64,000 nucleotides of DNA, taken from the NCBI RefSeq assembly GCF_004010195.1, contig NC_057710.1, positions 153,709,110 through 153,773,109 on the forward strand, in the 5' to 3' direction. The notes below the pieces were generated by a model. That model saw only the letters and a program-made list of their open reading frames with translations. It made no database searches and was not told the DNA's origin. Made by a program: the position numbers and the translations under genes. This document shows positions 13,060 through 25,132 of the stretch, piece by piece; the stretch's first letter is position 1, and each line of letters opens with the position of its first letter. Source of the stretch: Chiloscyllium plagiosum. Taxonomy: Eukaryota.

Positions 13060-14170
13060 AGGTGTGTGCTGTATTCAATTCATCACACAGACCAGCAACA
13101 CACCGGGACACTTGCTGTGGGAGAGGGGAAATCTAGTCATCGTGGCCCACATGAATACCAATGACAGAGGCAAGACAAAGAAAGAGGTCACGCACAATCG
13201 GTACAATGAGCTAGGCATCAAATTAAGCAGGAGAACCTCAAAAGATAATAATGTCTGGATTATTACTTTCAGGGAAGTAAGATTAGAGAAATTAATGTAT
13301 GGCTCAAAGACTGGTGTGGGAAAAGTTCATGGGGAGCATTGAGGATTTTATATCTCCATGTAAAAAGAGATGTAAACAAACAAACTTGGGAAGACATAGC
13401 AAATGGCACAATTATAATCAGGCAATGGAAAACGGCATTAATTTGGGACATGATAACCAGACAGTAACAGGAGGGGTTAGAGTGTACAAAGCCATGAGTA
13501 AATCAATAGTTACAGCTAGAAGCTACAAAAATAATTAATAAATGTAATGAAAGGCTTTGTATCAAATGCAAGTAATATTCAAAACAAAATAAAAATTGAA
13601 CTGTGAGTACAAACAGAAATAGAGAAATATGATCTGGTCACCATTACAGAGACAGGGCTGCAGGATGACATGGATTGGGGCCTGCATAGTGAAGGTATAT
13701 AACATTTAGGAAGGGCAGGAGGCTAGGAAACGGTGGAGGGGTGGTTCTGTAACTGAATTTTGCATATTATAGTGGGAGTGATCCATGTTCAGGATACTAG
13801 GATATAGAAACACTGAGAAATGATAAAGGCCGGAAGTAACTTGAAAAGATGATGGTTCCTCTTGTGACAGATTCCAGACTAGGGCCACCATTTAAGAAAA
13901 AGGTGTCACCCAGAGATTAGGCAATTCTTTATTCTCAGCTCCTGTACATCTTTGGAACACTCTTCCTGAAAAACCGGTGGAAGCAGAGGCTTTGAATATT
14001 TTTAAAGGCAGAGGTGGATAGTTTCAAGGGGATGGAAAGTTGTCAGAGGAGGGAGGAATGTGAAGTTGAGATTATACTTTGATCAACCACAATATTTTTA
14101 AATAGCGGAGCAGGCTTGAGGAATTCTTGAAGGGCCGAATGATGTAATCCTGTTCCATCTCATATGTTTG
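13060..14170 (+). mobile_element. Decayed CR1 LINE pieces (ORF1 esterase-like, start of APE endonuclease, 3' end)
   Basis: VIVAHMNTNDRG resembles the CR1 ORF1 VHVGTNDIG motif; YDLVTITETGL-like sequence near 13620-13660; CR1 3' end at 13850-14170. Confidence 0.65.
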
Positions 14171-14490
14171 CATATTTGTAAAACAAACTGTAGAACTTTG
14201 AAGTAAGCCTGGAAACAGCAATAGACATTTAGTAGAAAGCATGTTTGATCCTAATGAATACCTCAAAGCTGTGGACAAACACGCAGCTTCCACTGACAGA
14301 ATAGAAAATGGAACATCCTACACTTCATTTTACTCCAGATTCACAGTAATTCTGCTGGTGGCTTGGGTACACATTCAACCATCTATCCGCCTTGTCACAG
14401 TAAGTGTGTGAGGGAAACCAGAGGGACAAAGGGTGAGAGAAAGTAAGGGGAAATACAAATTTTAAATAGGCAAAAACATGAAGTTCATAC

Positions 14491-14536
14491 CTTCTTTCTC
14501 TCCGTAGCTCACTCTGTGACGATGTACGAATTGATG
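14491..14536 (-). CDS. SH3D19: SH3D19 coding micro-exon ((T)SIRTSSQSELRRER)
   Basis: ttcttcag acceptor, AAG|gtatga donor, 46 nt, phase 1->2. Resembles recalled human SSRTSIQSELHRDRR. Confidence 0.88.
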
Positions 14537-16108
14537 CTGAAGAACAGAACAGGAGAAAAGCAAGAATGTAAGCAGGATTGATAAAGTATTAAGTTGCTGC
14601 TACAGCAGGACTTGTTAATGGGAACATTCATTCAATCAACAGTATTTGTTTAACAGGAACAAATGGACCCAGTGATCTTTTTGGCAGGTCAGAGATAAAC
14701 ACACAAATTAGCATCTTCGGTATTGACATTCATCAGATTTCTATGAGTTAGTGTGGCTCTAATGCAATTCTGATTAATGATTCAGTGAAAATAAATCCAC
14801 CCTTAGCACTGGAACTGCTCACAGATACTTGATGTATCTTCATTATACTTGTTCAATACAGAGTTTGAAACACTTGATTGTGTATGCAGCAATGGTACAC
14901 TCATACATGAACAACATAATGTTTGACTGGCGGTGCAATGATGGTCACATTATTCTTTAATTTCTTCGTTCAAATTTAACCACAACCACTGGCGTGGGGG
15001 TTGGGGGTCCCTTCTAGTTGCTGATTGGATGTGTCCATCATGGAAGAGGTTTGGATAAGCCCGTTTGAAGGGGTACAAAACTGAACCAAACTTCAACATT
15101 TGGAGAAGGTGCACCCAAAGAATGGTTATATGAAAATGGAGTCATCATCTTGATACCTTTTAATTACATTGTTAACCAACAGGGATTTGTTTTGGTAATG
15201 TCGATGTGGATATTAAATGACAGCGATGGACAAAACAAATTTCAAACCTCAACACTGATACTCTTCATCTTAATAAGTAGTAAATAACACTTCACAAATT
15301 CAATGTTTAAACTCAGGAAGATTCTGAGTGAATCTTTGAAGTATTCAATATCCCCGCGTGTATCTGTAATCTGAGCTCTGAAACATTGTTCATCATTGCA
15401 CAGAGAACAAAAATATAACGGATAAGGAACATAGTTGAATGCATTGAACAGACATAATCACTTGACTGTTCTGAATGAAGTGTTTATTGGGGACGTTGAG
15501 CCTGATTAACAGTGTTCGCTTTATAGAGTGTCGAAAAAATTGAAAGAACACAACTCTAATGAATGAAATGAGTGAACTGTGCATTATATTTTAGAATTCT
15601 AGGATAACAAGATGGACCAAAATTGCTATACCAGATCCCAATTTATACTCTATAGTATTCACCCTCAGGAAATTACAAGAATAAATGAAGTAGCATTTAA
15701 TAAAACAAACCATGAAGCATTGCTCAAAAAGTTTAAACAATAGATGATTAGTTTAACATAGTGCAAAAATTGAACTCCATGATTATATCAGGTTGGTAGT
15801 TTTCCCACACTGTTCATCAACGTTCATAGAACGCTCATATCAAAGTCTTTCCTGTTCTTCAAATCTTGCAGACGCACTGCCTGAGAATGTGCCCGAGAAG
15901 TCTAAAAGTGGAAAGGCAGAGTTTGTGAAGCTACATCAAAGTTTGTCAAAAGGATTTGTTCAGCTGTTCAGATGAAAGCCTCTGGACTTGCCTCCTCGAC
16001 ACCAAATGAGCTTTGGTTTTATGGGCTCTCTGATCTTGCCTCAGACACCTCCAGCTGCACCATGCTGTTCAGAAAACTGTAACATATTAAAACATTCTGC
16101 TTACTTAC

Positions 16109-16149
16109 TTCTCTTGATAGCTGCCCTTATACTCGATAATGGTCCGTGG
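16109..16149 (-). CDS. SH3D19: SH3D19 coding micro-exon ((S)HGPLSSIRAAIKR)
   Basis: cag acceptor, A|gtaagt donor, 41 nt, phase 2->1. Resembles recalled human QGPLSSIRAVIKR. Confidence 0.9.
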
Positions 16150-16208
16150 CTGTTTAAAAAGAACACAAATCTTCAGTCATTTGGAAATACAACTGTGTTA
16201 TACTGTTA

Positions 16209-16421
16209 TAAAATAAAGAACTGGGAGTGCTGGAGACCTGGAATAAAAAGGGAAACTGCTGGAGAAACTCAGTAGGTCTGGCAGCATCTATGGGGAAATA
16301 AAGAGTTAATGCTTCGAGTCTGGTAACTCTTCTTCAGTTCTGACACCAAATGTTAACACTCTTTTCTCTGCACAGATGGTGCCAGACCTGCTGAGTTTCT
16401 CCCGCAATTTCTCTTTTTGCA
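16209..16421. mobile_element. Fold-back mini-element derived from a PLE 3' end
   Basis: Imperfect inverted arms (gctggagaaactcagtaggtctggcagcatct / agatggtgccagacctgctgagtttctcccgc); 11-bp TSD TTATACTGTTA at 16198-16208 and 16422-16432. Confidence 0.75.
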
Positions 16422-17845
16422 TTATACTGTTACTTTTAAGCAAGCTACTTCTACAAAGTCAGAGTGCGGGGGGAATGCAGAGGAGGGTGTGGGATAAAAC
16501 AAAGAGGAAGTGAGTTCACCACTTGAAATAATGTAATTAATTTAAACAAAGCATAACATGCTTTGTGGATCAGTGGATTCTCAAACTATGGACCCCTCTA
16601 AGTTATATTCCCGGTCTATGCAAACAGATCTCAGACAAAGCAGGGTGAAACACCCATTTGCTTCAGTGCTTCCTGTGCTAGCTAGTAATCCCTGCTGGAC
16701 AGTCAGAATTCCAAAGTTGGAGAGCCTTTAGCCTGCTCAGCTATTTAAAAATCTGGGCTTCACCCTATGTTCATCCAAGATCAGGATGCCACCGCAAAAA
16801 TTCAAGCACAAAGGGGCAAAGTTTCTGCCAAGGCTTCCTGATCATTCTTTGTCACTTTGGTATAAGTGCCAGGAAGTGGTGTCTTCCACCATTTTCTCTG
16901 GCTCTCCTCAGTTTTTGGTGAAATTACAGCAGAGACTGGAGGATCCTGGATCCCTACAAACACCAGACCTGTGTGTGGTAATGCTCATACAATGTACTTG
17001 CTTACCATTCTGTGCAAAAATATACTATAAGCAGAAATATATTAATCTAATGCATTTCAATTTTATTCCAGTGGTTATTTTTAAGCAGCATTAACAGTTT
17101 TAATAATGCACAGTCACCATATGCAAAATAAAAGGAAAGCAAGGAGCATTCAAGGACAAACCAGGGTATTTTAAAAAACATCAGTACTTCACACATGGTT
17201 TGAATTCTATGCTCAACTGAAAAATTAATTCTGCCCCAAATGAACTCATATTACTTTAACACTTTTTTTAAGTGAAAAATTGTGAACTTCTCCACCAACT
17301 CAAAATATTGCAATTGAATGGAATAATATCTTTTCAGCAAAATCACTGGCTTTGCGGTTTATTTTTAGTTTGCATATTAGGAATGCCTTGTTCAGAGCAA
17401 TGTGTTTTGCTGTTGATTCTTTCATAAATATTTTTCTAATTGCCTTATAAACCTGCTCACTCTTCCCGCCAAAGACCAGATCCCATTTGAATGACTCATC
17501 TACATAGCCTGTTTTTCCATCAGTACACCCACTTCTCTTGGCACACGGTTAGTCCTGAACCCTGGAACAGAGTGACATTTGCGAAACAACAAACAGCTGT
17601 GAAAGGCTACAAATGTCTGCAGGAACTCAGAACAGGGAGAATGTTGTTTAACCAGTCTTGAAGTCCACCAAACAAGAACAACATTTTTTGGGACAACTAC
17701 GTGGAATTTCCCGATGGTCTGCTGCGAGTTCTTAAAAACAGGTATTAGTCCTGAAGCAAGAGCATCATTCAAATAGAACGCCCTTTTCTGGACGTCATTT
17801 AGCATGAGAGGAAATGAGGCAGTCCAGCAGAGGAGGTCTGGAACT

Positions 17846-17849
17846 CTCA

Positions 17850-17881
<32 letters not shown>
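17846..17881. repeat. (CT)n(CA)n compound microsatellite
   Basis: Directly visible. Confidence 0.9.
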
Positions 17882-18935
17882 AACGCAGTACTTGATATGC
17901 TGTACTTGCACATATAAAATATCAAAAGAAAGGGAATTGTTTACTTGTAAAACCTAATGTGAAGTTATGGCATTTACCCTGTGGTACATGGCATTGTCTG
18001 TATGAATGTTCAATATTAAGACCATATACGCAGCATGAAATACATCATTTATCATAATTTCTGCAGAATTTCTATTTACACCTGGTGTTGCAGAACAAGA
18101 TTCACCACATTTAAAAACACATCTTATTCAAGTACCAGCCTAGCCTTTCTCATCTTGCCACTTTATTTAGTTTTACCTACTTGGTCATTTCTATTCCAGT
18201 CTCAGCGCTGGCTCTCCTTACCCTTCTCCTTCATACCTTGGCCTTTTCTCTCTCCCGGCCAGGTTTATGATCTCCAGCACCGTTCTGCACGAGTACTCTC
18301 AACCTTCAAAGATGCCAGCGCTGTTCCAAAACACACGTTTCTCCCATGTAGCAGAGGGAAATTCTCCCTGCCCCACTGAACGTTTGTTTCTCGTCCTTGC
18401 CAAGCTGCAAGAACACACATCCTCCTGCAATGCTCTTGCCCCTCCCTATATCCTGCCTGCTGGATTCATACCACAATATCCTTTTTCAAATTAATTTACA
18501 CAGCACTAGTGTTTCTTTCTTCCTTTAATCTTCCCTCCAGTTTACATTCTTCAAGCTTCGTGTCACATAATCATCATCCTTCTTCACTTAACTCATCTGT
18601 TTTATATTTTCTTCAACCTTGGTGGTGTTTTCCTCCCAGGGCTTTGAACCTTCACTTTCGTTTCCAAGCCCAAGTGTCTCATGGTAACCAATTAACGACT
18701 TATTCCTTCACCTCACATGGTTTGGTCTAGATTAAGTACCGCTTTCATTCAGTGAGTGAAAGTAGAGGAACCACATCAAAGCCTTTTTTTTAAAGCACTA
18801 CACAGTAATAGATCATTCAAATCATACACTATAATCGTGCCCACTATCAGTGGGTTACAAGATCGGGCAAACAGCAAGATACAGTGTAACAGGGCAAACA
18901 AGACAACTTATGGAACAACCAATACATTAATGTTT

Positions 18936-19247
18936 GATTAGATTAGATTAGATTCCCTACAGTATGGAAACAGGCTCTTCGGCCCAACAAATCCACACCG
19001 ACCCTCCAAAGAGTAACCCACCCTACATTTACCCCTGACTAATTGACCTAGCACTATGGGCAATTTAACATGGCCAATTCACCTGACCTGCACATCTTTG
19101 GATTGTGGGAGGAAACCAAAGCACCCAGACGAAACCCACGCAGACACAGGGAGAATGTGCAAACTCCACACAGACAATCGCCTGAGGCAGGAATCGAACC
19201 CAGATCCCTGGCACTCCGAGGCATCAGTGTTAACCACTGAGCCGCCC
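18936..19247 (-). mobile_element. HE1-type SINE
   Basis: tRNA-like head with GGTTCGATTCC, same body as 2323-2627, (AATCT)n tail. Confidence 0.85.
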
Positions 19248-19462
19248 TCGCTGCTAATATGTAAATTTAACAAGTACACAAAGCATCAAAAACTGGGCCT
19301 GCCAACCTCCTTTGCATGTATTGAGCTATTGCAGCCTCCGCATGACGTTTAGCCCAAGTTAAAATTGTGTTTTATATTTAATAGCAGAAATCCCACTGCA
19401 GTGGACCGAGCAAAGAAAACAATCCAGTTTAGAATTCTCTAAACTCTGGTGAATGTACATAT

Positions 19463-19596
19463 TGGAGAAAGTGCTTCTGCAGATGCTGGAGATCAGAGTC
19501 GAAAGTGTGGTGCTGAAAAAGCTGGGGCCCTTCAGTCTCCTGCTCATCGGATGCTGCCTGACCTGCTGTGCTTTTCCAGCACCACGCTCTTGACTC
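19463..19596. mobile_element. Fold-back mini-element derived from a PLE 3' end
   Basis: Inverted segments agagtcgaaagtgtggtgctg / cagcaccacgctcttgactct; 13-bp TSD TGAATGTACATAT at 19450-19462 and 19597-19609. Confidence 0.8.
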
Positions 19597-22500
19597 TGAA
19601 TGTACATATCACCAACATTTCAAAACCAGGCGCCACTGGAGAACAAACTATTTAAATTGCTGTTTGATGTATCAGAACATTTCTCCATGCGGGCCTACTG
19701 CATATCATAAATACCTGGCCTCTTTACTACCTGTATGGAGAAAGGTTTCAGCAAAATGATACAATTCCCCAATATAATCACTTTCTCACAAGAACTCTGT
19801 CCAATAAAGTCACATCCAGCTAGTTATTTATGCTTTCTTTCTAAGCAAGTAGAGGTTGTTACCTTAAACAGGGCTAGGATTGGATATAACTAGTTGTTAA
19901 ACAATAATTTTAAACAGCACATTTAATGCAGTTAAAAATCCCAAGGCACTTTAAGTGAAGCATTATCAAATGAAATATGACACTGATCCACGTAACAAGG
20001 TATTCGGCTGGGTGATGGAAAGCTTGATGAAAGAGTCACATTTTAAGGAGGGTGCTTAAAGAGCAAAGAGGTGGTGAGGGTGAGAGGCCATGAAAGGCAT
20101 GGAATTGGTGGAAAGTGAGTGGAGTTTGCGGCAGGCATTGAAAACAATGGCTTCAGTCATCTCAGCATTTTGTTGGAGAAAATCTCTGCTCATTCATCAC
20201 TGGGTGTTGGACAAACAGTCTGATAGTTTGAGAGAGAGTGCAAGATTGAAGGAGAAGGTGCAGTACAGTGGTTACTGCCAGGTGTTAATGTTGAACTTGA
20301 AGGAGCAGCACAAAGACCAAGAGGGAACTGAAGAGGGATCCTTGGTGGCCACAAAGAATATCGCTGCATGAGCAGGAAGAGAAACCTTTACAAGTGATTT
20401 ACGTCTTGGTAGAAAAAACTGAAGAGAGCGTTCCCAGCAAGGGAACGGCTGAGAGGAGGCATCAAAGACGACTTAACCACAAAGGGAGCTTGAGAAGGAT
20501 GAGAAAGAATTTTATATAATCATCACCATCACAAAAGATGTCACCTGCAAGCTCTAAAAGACAGGAGAGGTGAAAGTCCAATTAGTACTGGAACCTCATC
20601 CATATGCTTTCACTAATTCTAGATTCAACTAATCCACAAAGCTCCCTGCCCAACCTCCTATCTTCCACCTTCCATAACATCATCCAATCATGTCATTTGG
20701 GAAAGATGGGCGTAGATTTGTGACGGGTGACAGCGTGTTTGAGGGATTCAGAGAGGAAATGGAGGCAGGGAAATGTTTGGCAGTTTGCGAGAGTGGCTAA
20801 AGGAATCATTTTTGAGAGAACGATGTTGGCAGATTTATAGGGGAGGGGACAGTACCTGAGGAGAGGCAACTATTAACAATTTCAGCTAACAGTGGAGGCC
20901 AGAGGAGAAGTTGGATGAGGTGGTCAGTTGGAGCTTTATTCTATCATGGGTATGTGCATTACTGACAAGGTCAGGATTCAGAGCCCATCCTTTGCTGTTC
21001 TTGAACGGAGTGGTTTGCCCAGCCAGTTCAGAGAACAATTAAGAGAACCACATTTCTGTGGACCTGGAGTCACATGTAGACCAAACCAAATAAGGATGGT
21101 AGACTTCCTCTCTTAAAAATGACATTAGTTAATTAGTGTGCTTTTATGATAGGCAATATGGTTTAATGGACTTTATTACTCAGACTAGCTTTCTATTGGA
21201 GAATGGTTAATCAGTTGAATTTAAACACCATTAGTTGCCATGGATAACAAAATGCATCAGCAATTCGCTCAAAAATGAGACTGAGGGGTTAGGAGGTGGG
21301 ACATATGATCAAAATGAGCCAGAAAAGGGTAAAATGGAAAAAAGGAGGAAGATAGGTCCATGACTAGAGGAAGCCTTCAACAACACTTTGCCTGCTGGAA
21401 CACGGAGGTGGAATGGATGGCGTCAACTTCTGTGACCAGAGGAAGTGACTTAGAGGTTACTTTTCTATGCCAGGATGATCCTGGGATTATAAGCAGCTTT
21501 TGCAGCCCAAAGCAAAACCTGTTAGTACTATTTGTGGTCCAGACAGAGCTGGCAAGGGATGGCTAAAGCAGTTGTCTGCTATATCCATTCAACTCTGTAC
21601 CCTTTGGACTTAGGGGAGTAGAGATAAAGGTTGCACTAGGGTTTTGGCTGCGGTGATGGTGGGGGGGAGGATTTTTAAGGGGGAATTAGCCATTAAAAAT
21701 GGGGAGAAGGCTGTCATCTTGAAGACTGATATTTGCAAAAAAGTATTCTGGTGGACAGAGAGTTAGAAGCTTGACAGATGGAATTTTGTTAAATTGGCAG
21801 TTAGCCAATTGGAAAGTCTTTTTAAAACCCTAGAACACAGAAGTAGGATTAGAACAGGAAAGGGGATGTGAGTGGAGAGTGATACAAGTAAAGTGAGGAG
21901 CAATGGTTTAAAGGTGATTGACAGGTGGGAACAATGAGGACATATGAGACAGCAAGATTTAGGAGGTGGCTGTGAATATATTATAGAGAGGGAGAGAGAT
22001 TAAAGAAGGAGAGGAGAACAGCGATTCAGATAACAGTTAGCATGAGGGATTCAAATTTAGGTCAATGAAACATCTAGAGGAAGTCTGTCCTCAATAAGAT
22101 TCATGGTATATACCATTTTTTAAAAAAAAAAGGCTCATAATTATATTTACATTTTGCTTTCAATTAAGGAATTAATAAATACTCAAACTCGATTTGGAAT
22201 CATGGGTGCAAACTGAAGTTTGATTGATTCTGAATTGTCAACAAAATCTATGGGTGATCCCAGTATGGAGGAACACTGGTATGAGGAGAGGTTGAGTAGG
22301 TTGGGCATGAACTCATTGGAGTTAAGAAGAACAAGGGGAGTCCTTATTGAAACATACATGTGTCTTAGGGGCTCAAAAGACTAAACATTCAGAGTTTACT
22401 TTTTCTTGGGAGACAGTCTATGACCAGACAACGTAATCTTAAGCTATTGTTTGTTTGTGAGGACAGACCTGGAAGTTAATTACAGGTTGGTTATTGATTA

Positions 22501-22663
22501 AAGGATTCTATGAACTGTTCAATATTGACATTATGTTTAACCAGATACATACAAACTAGGAGCAGGAGTAGGCCATTCGGCCCTTCGGGTCTGCTCCACT
22601 ATTCAATAAGATCATGGCTGATCTTTTCATGGACTCAGCTCCATTATCCTCAGCTCTACAGGA

Positions 22664-23092
22664 TTTCTCGAACTCAGCACCACCTTCCTAAACTACAATC
22701 TTCTTCCTGACCTCTCCGCCCCCACCCCACTCTAACCTATCACCCTCACCTTAACCTCCTTCCACCTATCGCATTTCCAACGCCCCTCCCCCAAGTCCCT
22801 CCTCCCTACCTTTGGTGACCGCTTCACTGAACGTGGAGAAAGTGAGGTCTGCAGATGCTGGAGATCAGAGCTGAAAATGTGTTGCTGGTAAAGCACAGCA
22901 GGTCAGGCAGCATCCAAGGAACAGGAGAATCGACGTTTCGGGCATAAGCCCTTCATCAGGAATCCTGATGAAGGGCTTATGCCCGAAACGTCGATTCTCC
23001 TGTTCCTTGGATGCTGCCTGACCTGCTGTGCTTTACCAGCAACACATTTTCAGCTCTGATCTCCAGCATCTGCAGACCTCACTTTCTCCACG
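22664..23092 (+). mobile_element. Young PLE 3' fragment with an inverted duplication of its end
   Basis: About 22726-22812 is near-identical to 59108-59194; the 3' end matches 59227-59353. Confidence 0.8.
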
Positions 23093-23110
23093 TTCAGTGA
23101 AGCGGTCACC
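22814..23110. repeat. Perfect palindrome, 148-bp arms, 1-nt loop (axis 22962)
   Basis: 22814-22961 is the reverse complement of 22963-23110; no mismatch found by eye. Confidence 0.95.
22960..22997 (+). ncRNA. Minimal type-I hammerhead ribozyme motif (PLE type); mirror copy on the minus strand at 22927-22964
   Basis: GAATC-CTGATGA-A-GGGC-TTAT-GCCC-GAAA-CG-TC^-GATTC: stem I, core box, stem II, GAAA, palindromic ACGT stem III and GUC cleavage triplet. Confidence 0.75.
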
Positions 23111-23373
23111 CAGTCCACCATTAGTTTCCCCAGTCTAGGGGAGACCACATTGTGAGCAGCGAATCTATTAGACTACATTGTGGGAAACGTCGGTAAGGTG
23201 CTGCTTCATTGGTGCGGTGTGGTTGAGCCCTTGGATATTGAGAAAGGAGGACAGAAGTGCGAAACTGTTACACCTTCGGCAGGGGCAAGAGAAGTGCCTC
23301 TGTGGTGTGGGGTGAGGGCGTAATTTTGGGAGTGAATAAAGAGTGAACCAGGGTGTCCTGGCTCTTCCAGAAG
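23093..23373 (-). mobile_element. Older PLE GIY-YIG endonuclease fragment
   Basis: Minus strand reads as a degenerate C-x2-C...IRCSQCGL...GET...LGDRFTE pattern; ends at an N-gap. Confidence 0.6.
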
Positions 23374-23389
23374 NNNNNNNNNNNNNNNN

Positions 23390-25049
23390 AAATTTCTGTG
23401 ACCATATGCATGTCCAGGAGTCTCTTAAATGTCCCCAATGACCCTGCCTCCACAACTGCTGCTGGCAACGCATTCCATGCTCTCACAACTCTCTGTGTAA
23501 AGAACCCGCCTCTGACATCCCCTCTATACTTTCCTCCAACCAGCTTAAAACTATGACCCCTCGTGTTAGTCATTTCTGCCCTGGGAAATAGTCTCTGGCT
23601 ATCGACTCTATCTATGCCTCTCACTGATTGGTTTATAGAATTTCATATCTGAACAGAAATACTTTGTCACCTTCCTCTGCTTCTTAATTAGTGATCGAGT
23701 CAAAAGAAAGCTTAACGAAAAGATTATTATACGCGGATTGAGTTCCTCTGCATACATCAGTCCTGACATCCCAGGAATGAGAGTGAACAAAATGTTGTGC
23801 TGTACAGCTCTATGTCTCCAAGTGCTTCAGCAAAATGGTGGTAATCTGCAATAAAAACAAAACGTGCTGGAGATCCTCAGCAGGTCTGGCAGCATCTGAA
23901 ATGGTGACAGATGCAGGAAACGTTGCAGCCTTGAAGAAGTGTTTAGATGATCACACCAGGCATGTGTTTGATGACCAATATGGAGAAGATGGAGACAGTG
24001 TATTCATACAGTTTTACAACTGAGACTCTGACCCCATTTTATTCTGTATTTCTCTGTGATTCCCTCTTCTCAGAAGTAGGCAGGATTGGGAAGCAGTGGA
24101 GAATGTAAATGATGGCTGACCTTCCTAGTGAGAGGATAGAGGAGAGGAGCAGGGATCCCTTTCTGGAAGAGCCTTGGTGATTGTGAGAGAGTAAATGAGG
24201 GTCACCAGACTGACTCCTGAGATGCGGAGATAGTTAAGGACTGCAGATACTGGAAATCAGAGTCTATACAATGTGGAATTGGGGAAGTGCAGCAGGTCAA
24301 GCAGCATCAAAGGAGCAGGAAAGTTGACGTATTGTGTCATGACACTTTGTCAGTCCTGATGAATAATCCTGACACGGAACATCAACTTTCCAGCCCTACC
24401 TTATTCATGCTGGTCATCAAGCACCTATTTATTCTAGTCCCACGTTCTGGGACACAGCGTGTAAATGATATTGTAGTGCTTGGTGTGATCATCTCAACAC
24501 TTCTTCAAGGCTGCAATGTTTCCTGCATCGGTCACCATTTCAAATGCTGCCCGACCTGCTGAGGATCTCCAGCACGTTTTGTTTTTATTGCAGATTACCA
24601 CCATTTTGCTGAAGCACTTGGAGACATAGAGCTGTACAGCACAACATTTTGTTCACTCTCATTCCTGGGATGTCAGGACTGATGTATGCAGAGGAACTCA
24701 ATCCGCGTATAATAATCTTTTCGTTAAGCTTTCTTTTGACTCGATCACTAATTAAGAAGCAGAGGAAGGTGACAAAGTATTTCTGTTCAGATATGAATTG
24801 AGGTATACAAGATAATGAGAGGCATAGATAGAGTCGATAGCCAGAGACTATTTCCCAGGGCAGAAATAACTAACACGAGGGGTTATAGTTTTAAGCTGGT
24901 TGGAGCAAAGTGTAGAGGGGATGTCAGAGGCGGGTTCTTTACACAGAGAGTTGTGAGAGCATGGAATGTGTTGCCAGCAGCAGTTGTGGAGGCAGGGTCA
25001 TTGGGGACATTTAAGAGACTCCTGGACATGCATATGGTCACAGAAATTT
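23390..25049. repeat. Inverted duplication with ~570-bp arms (23390-23963 / 24477-25049); each arm includes a CR1 3' piece
   Basis: ORFs 23268..23624(-) and 24815..25051(+) are near-identical; 23642-23885 matches the reverse complement of ~24554-24797. Confidence 0.85.
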
Positions 25050-25132
25050 AAGGGTGCATACATGGGGATCAGTGGTCAGCACAACATCATGGGCTGAAGG
25101 GCCTGTTCTGTGCTGTACTGTTCTATGTTCTA

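Noticed and set aside
20030-22070. Purine-rich tract, possibly old L2-type LINE remnants
   Set aside because: Too degenerate to classify or delimit by eye.
22814-23110. DNA-transposon MITE, miRNA or CRISPR interpretation of the hairpins
   Set aside because: The arms derive from PLE 3' ends, TSD lengths vary (11-16 bp) and there is no repeat-spacer array.
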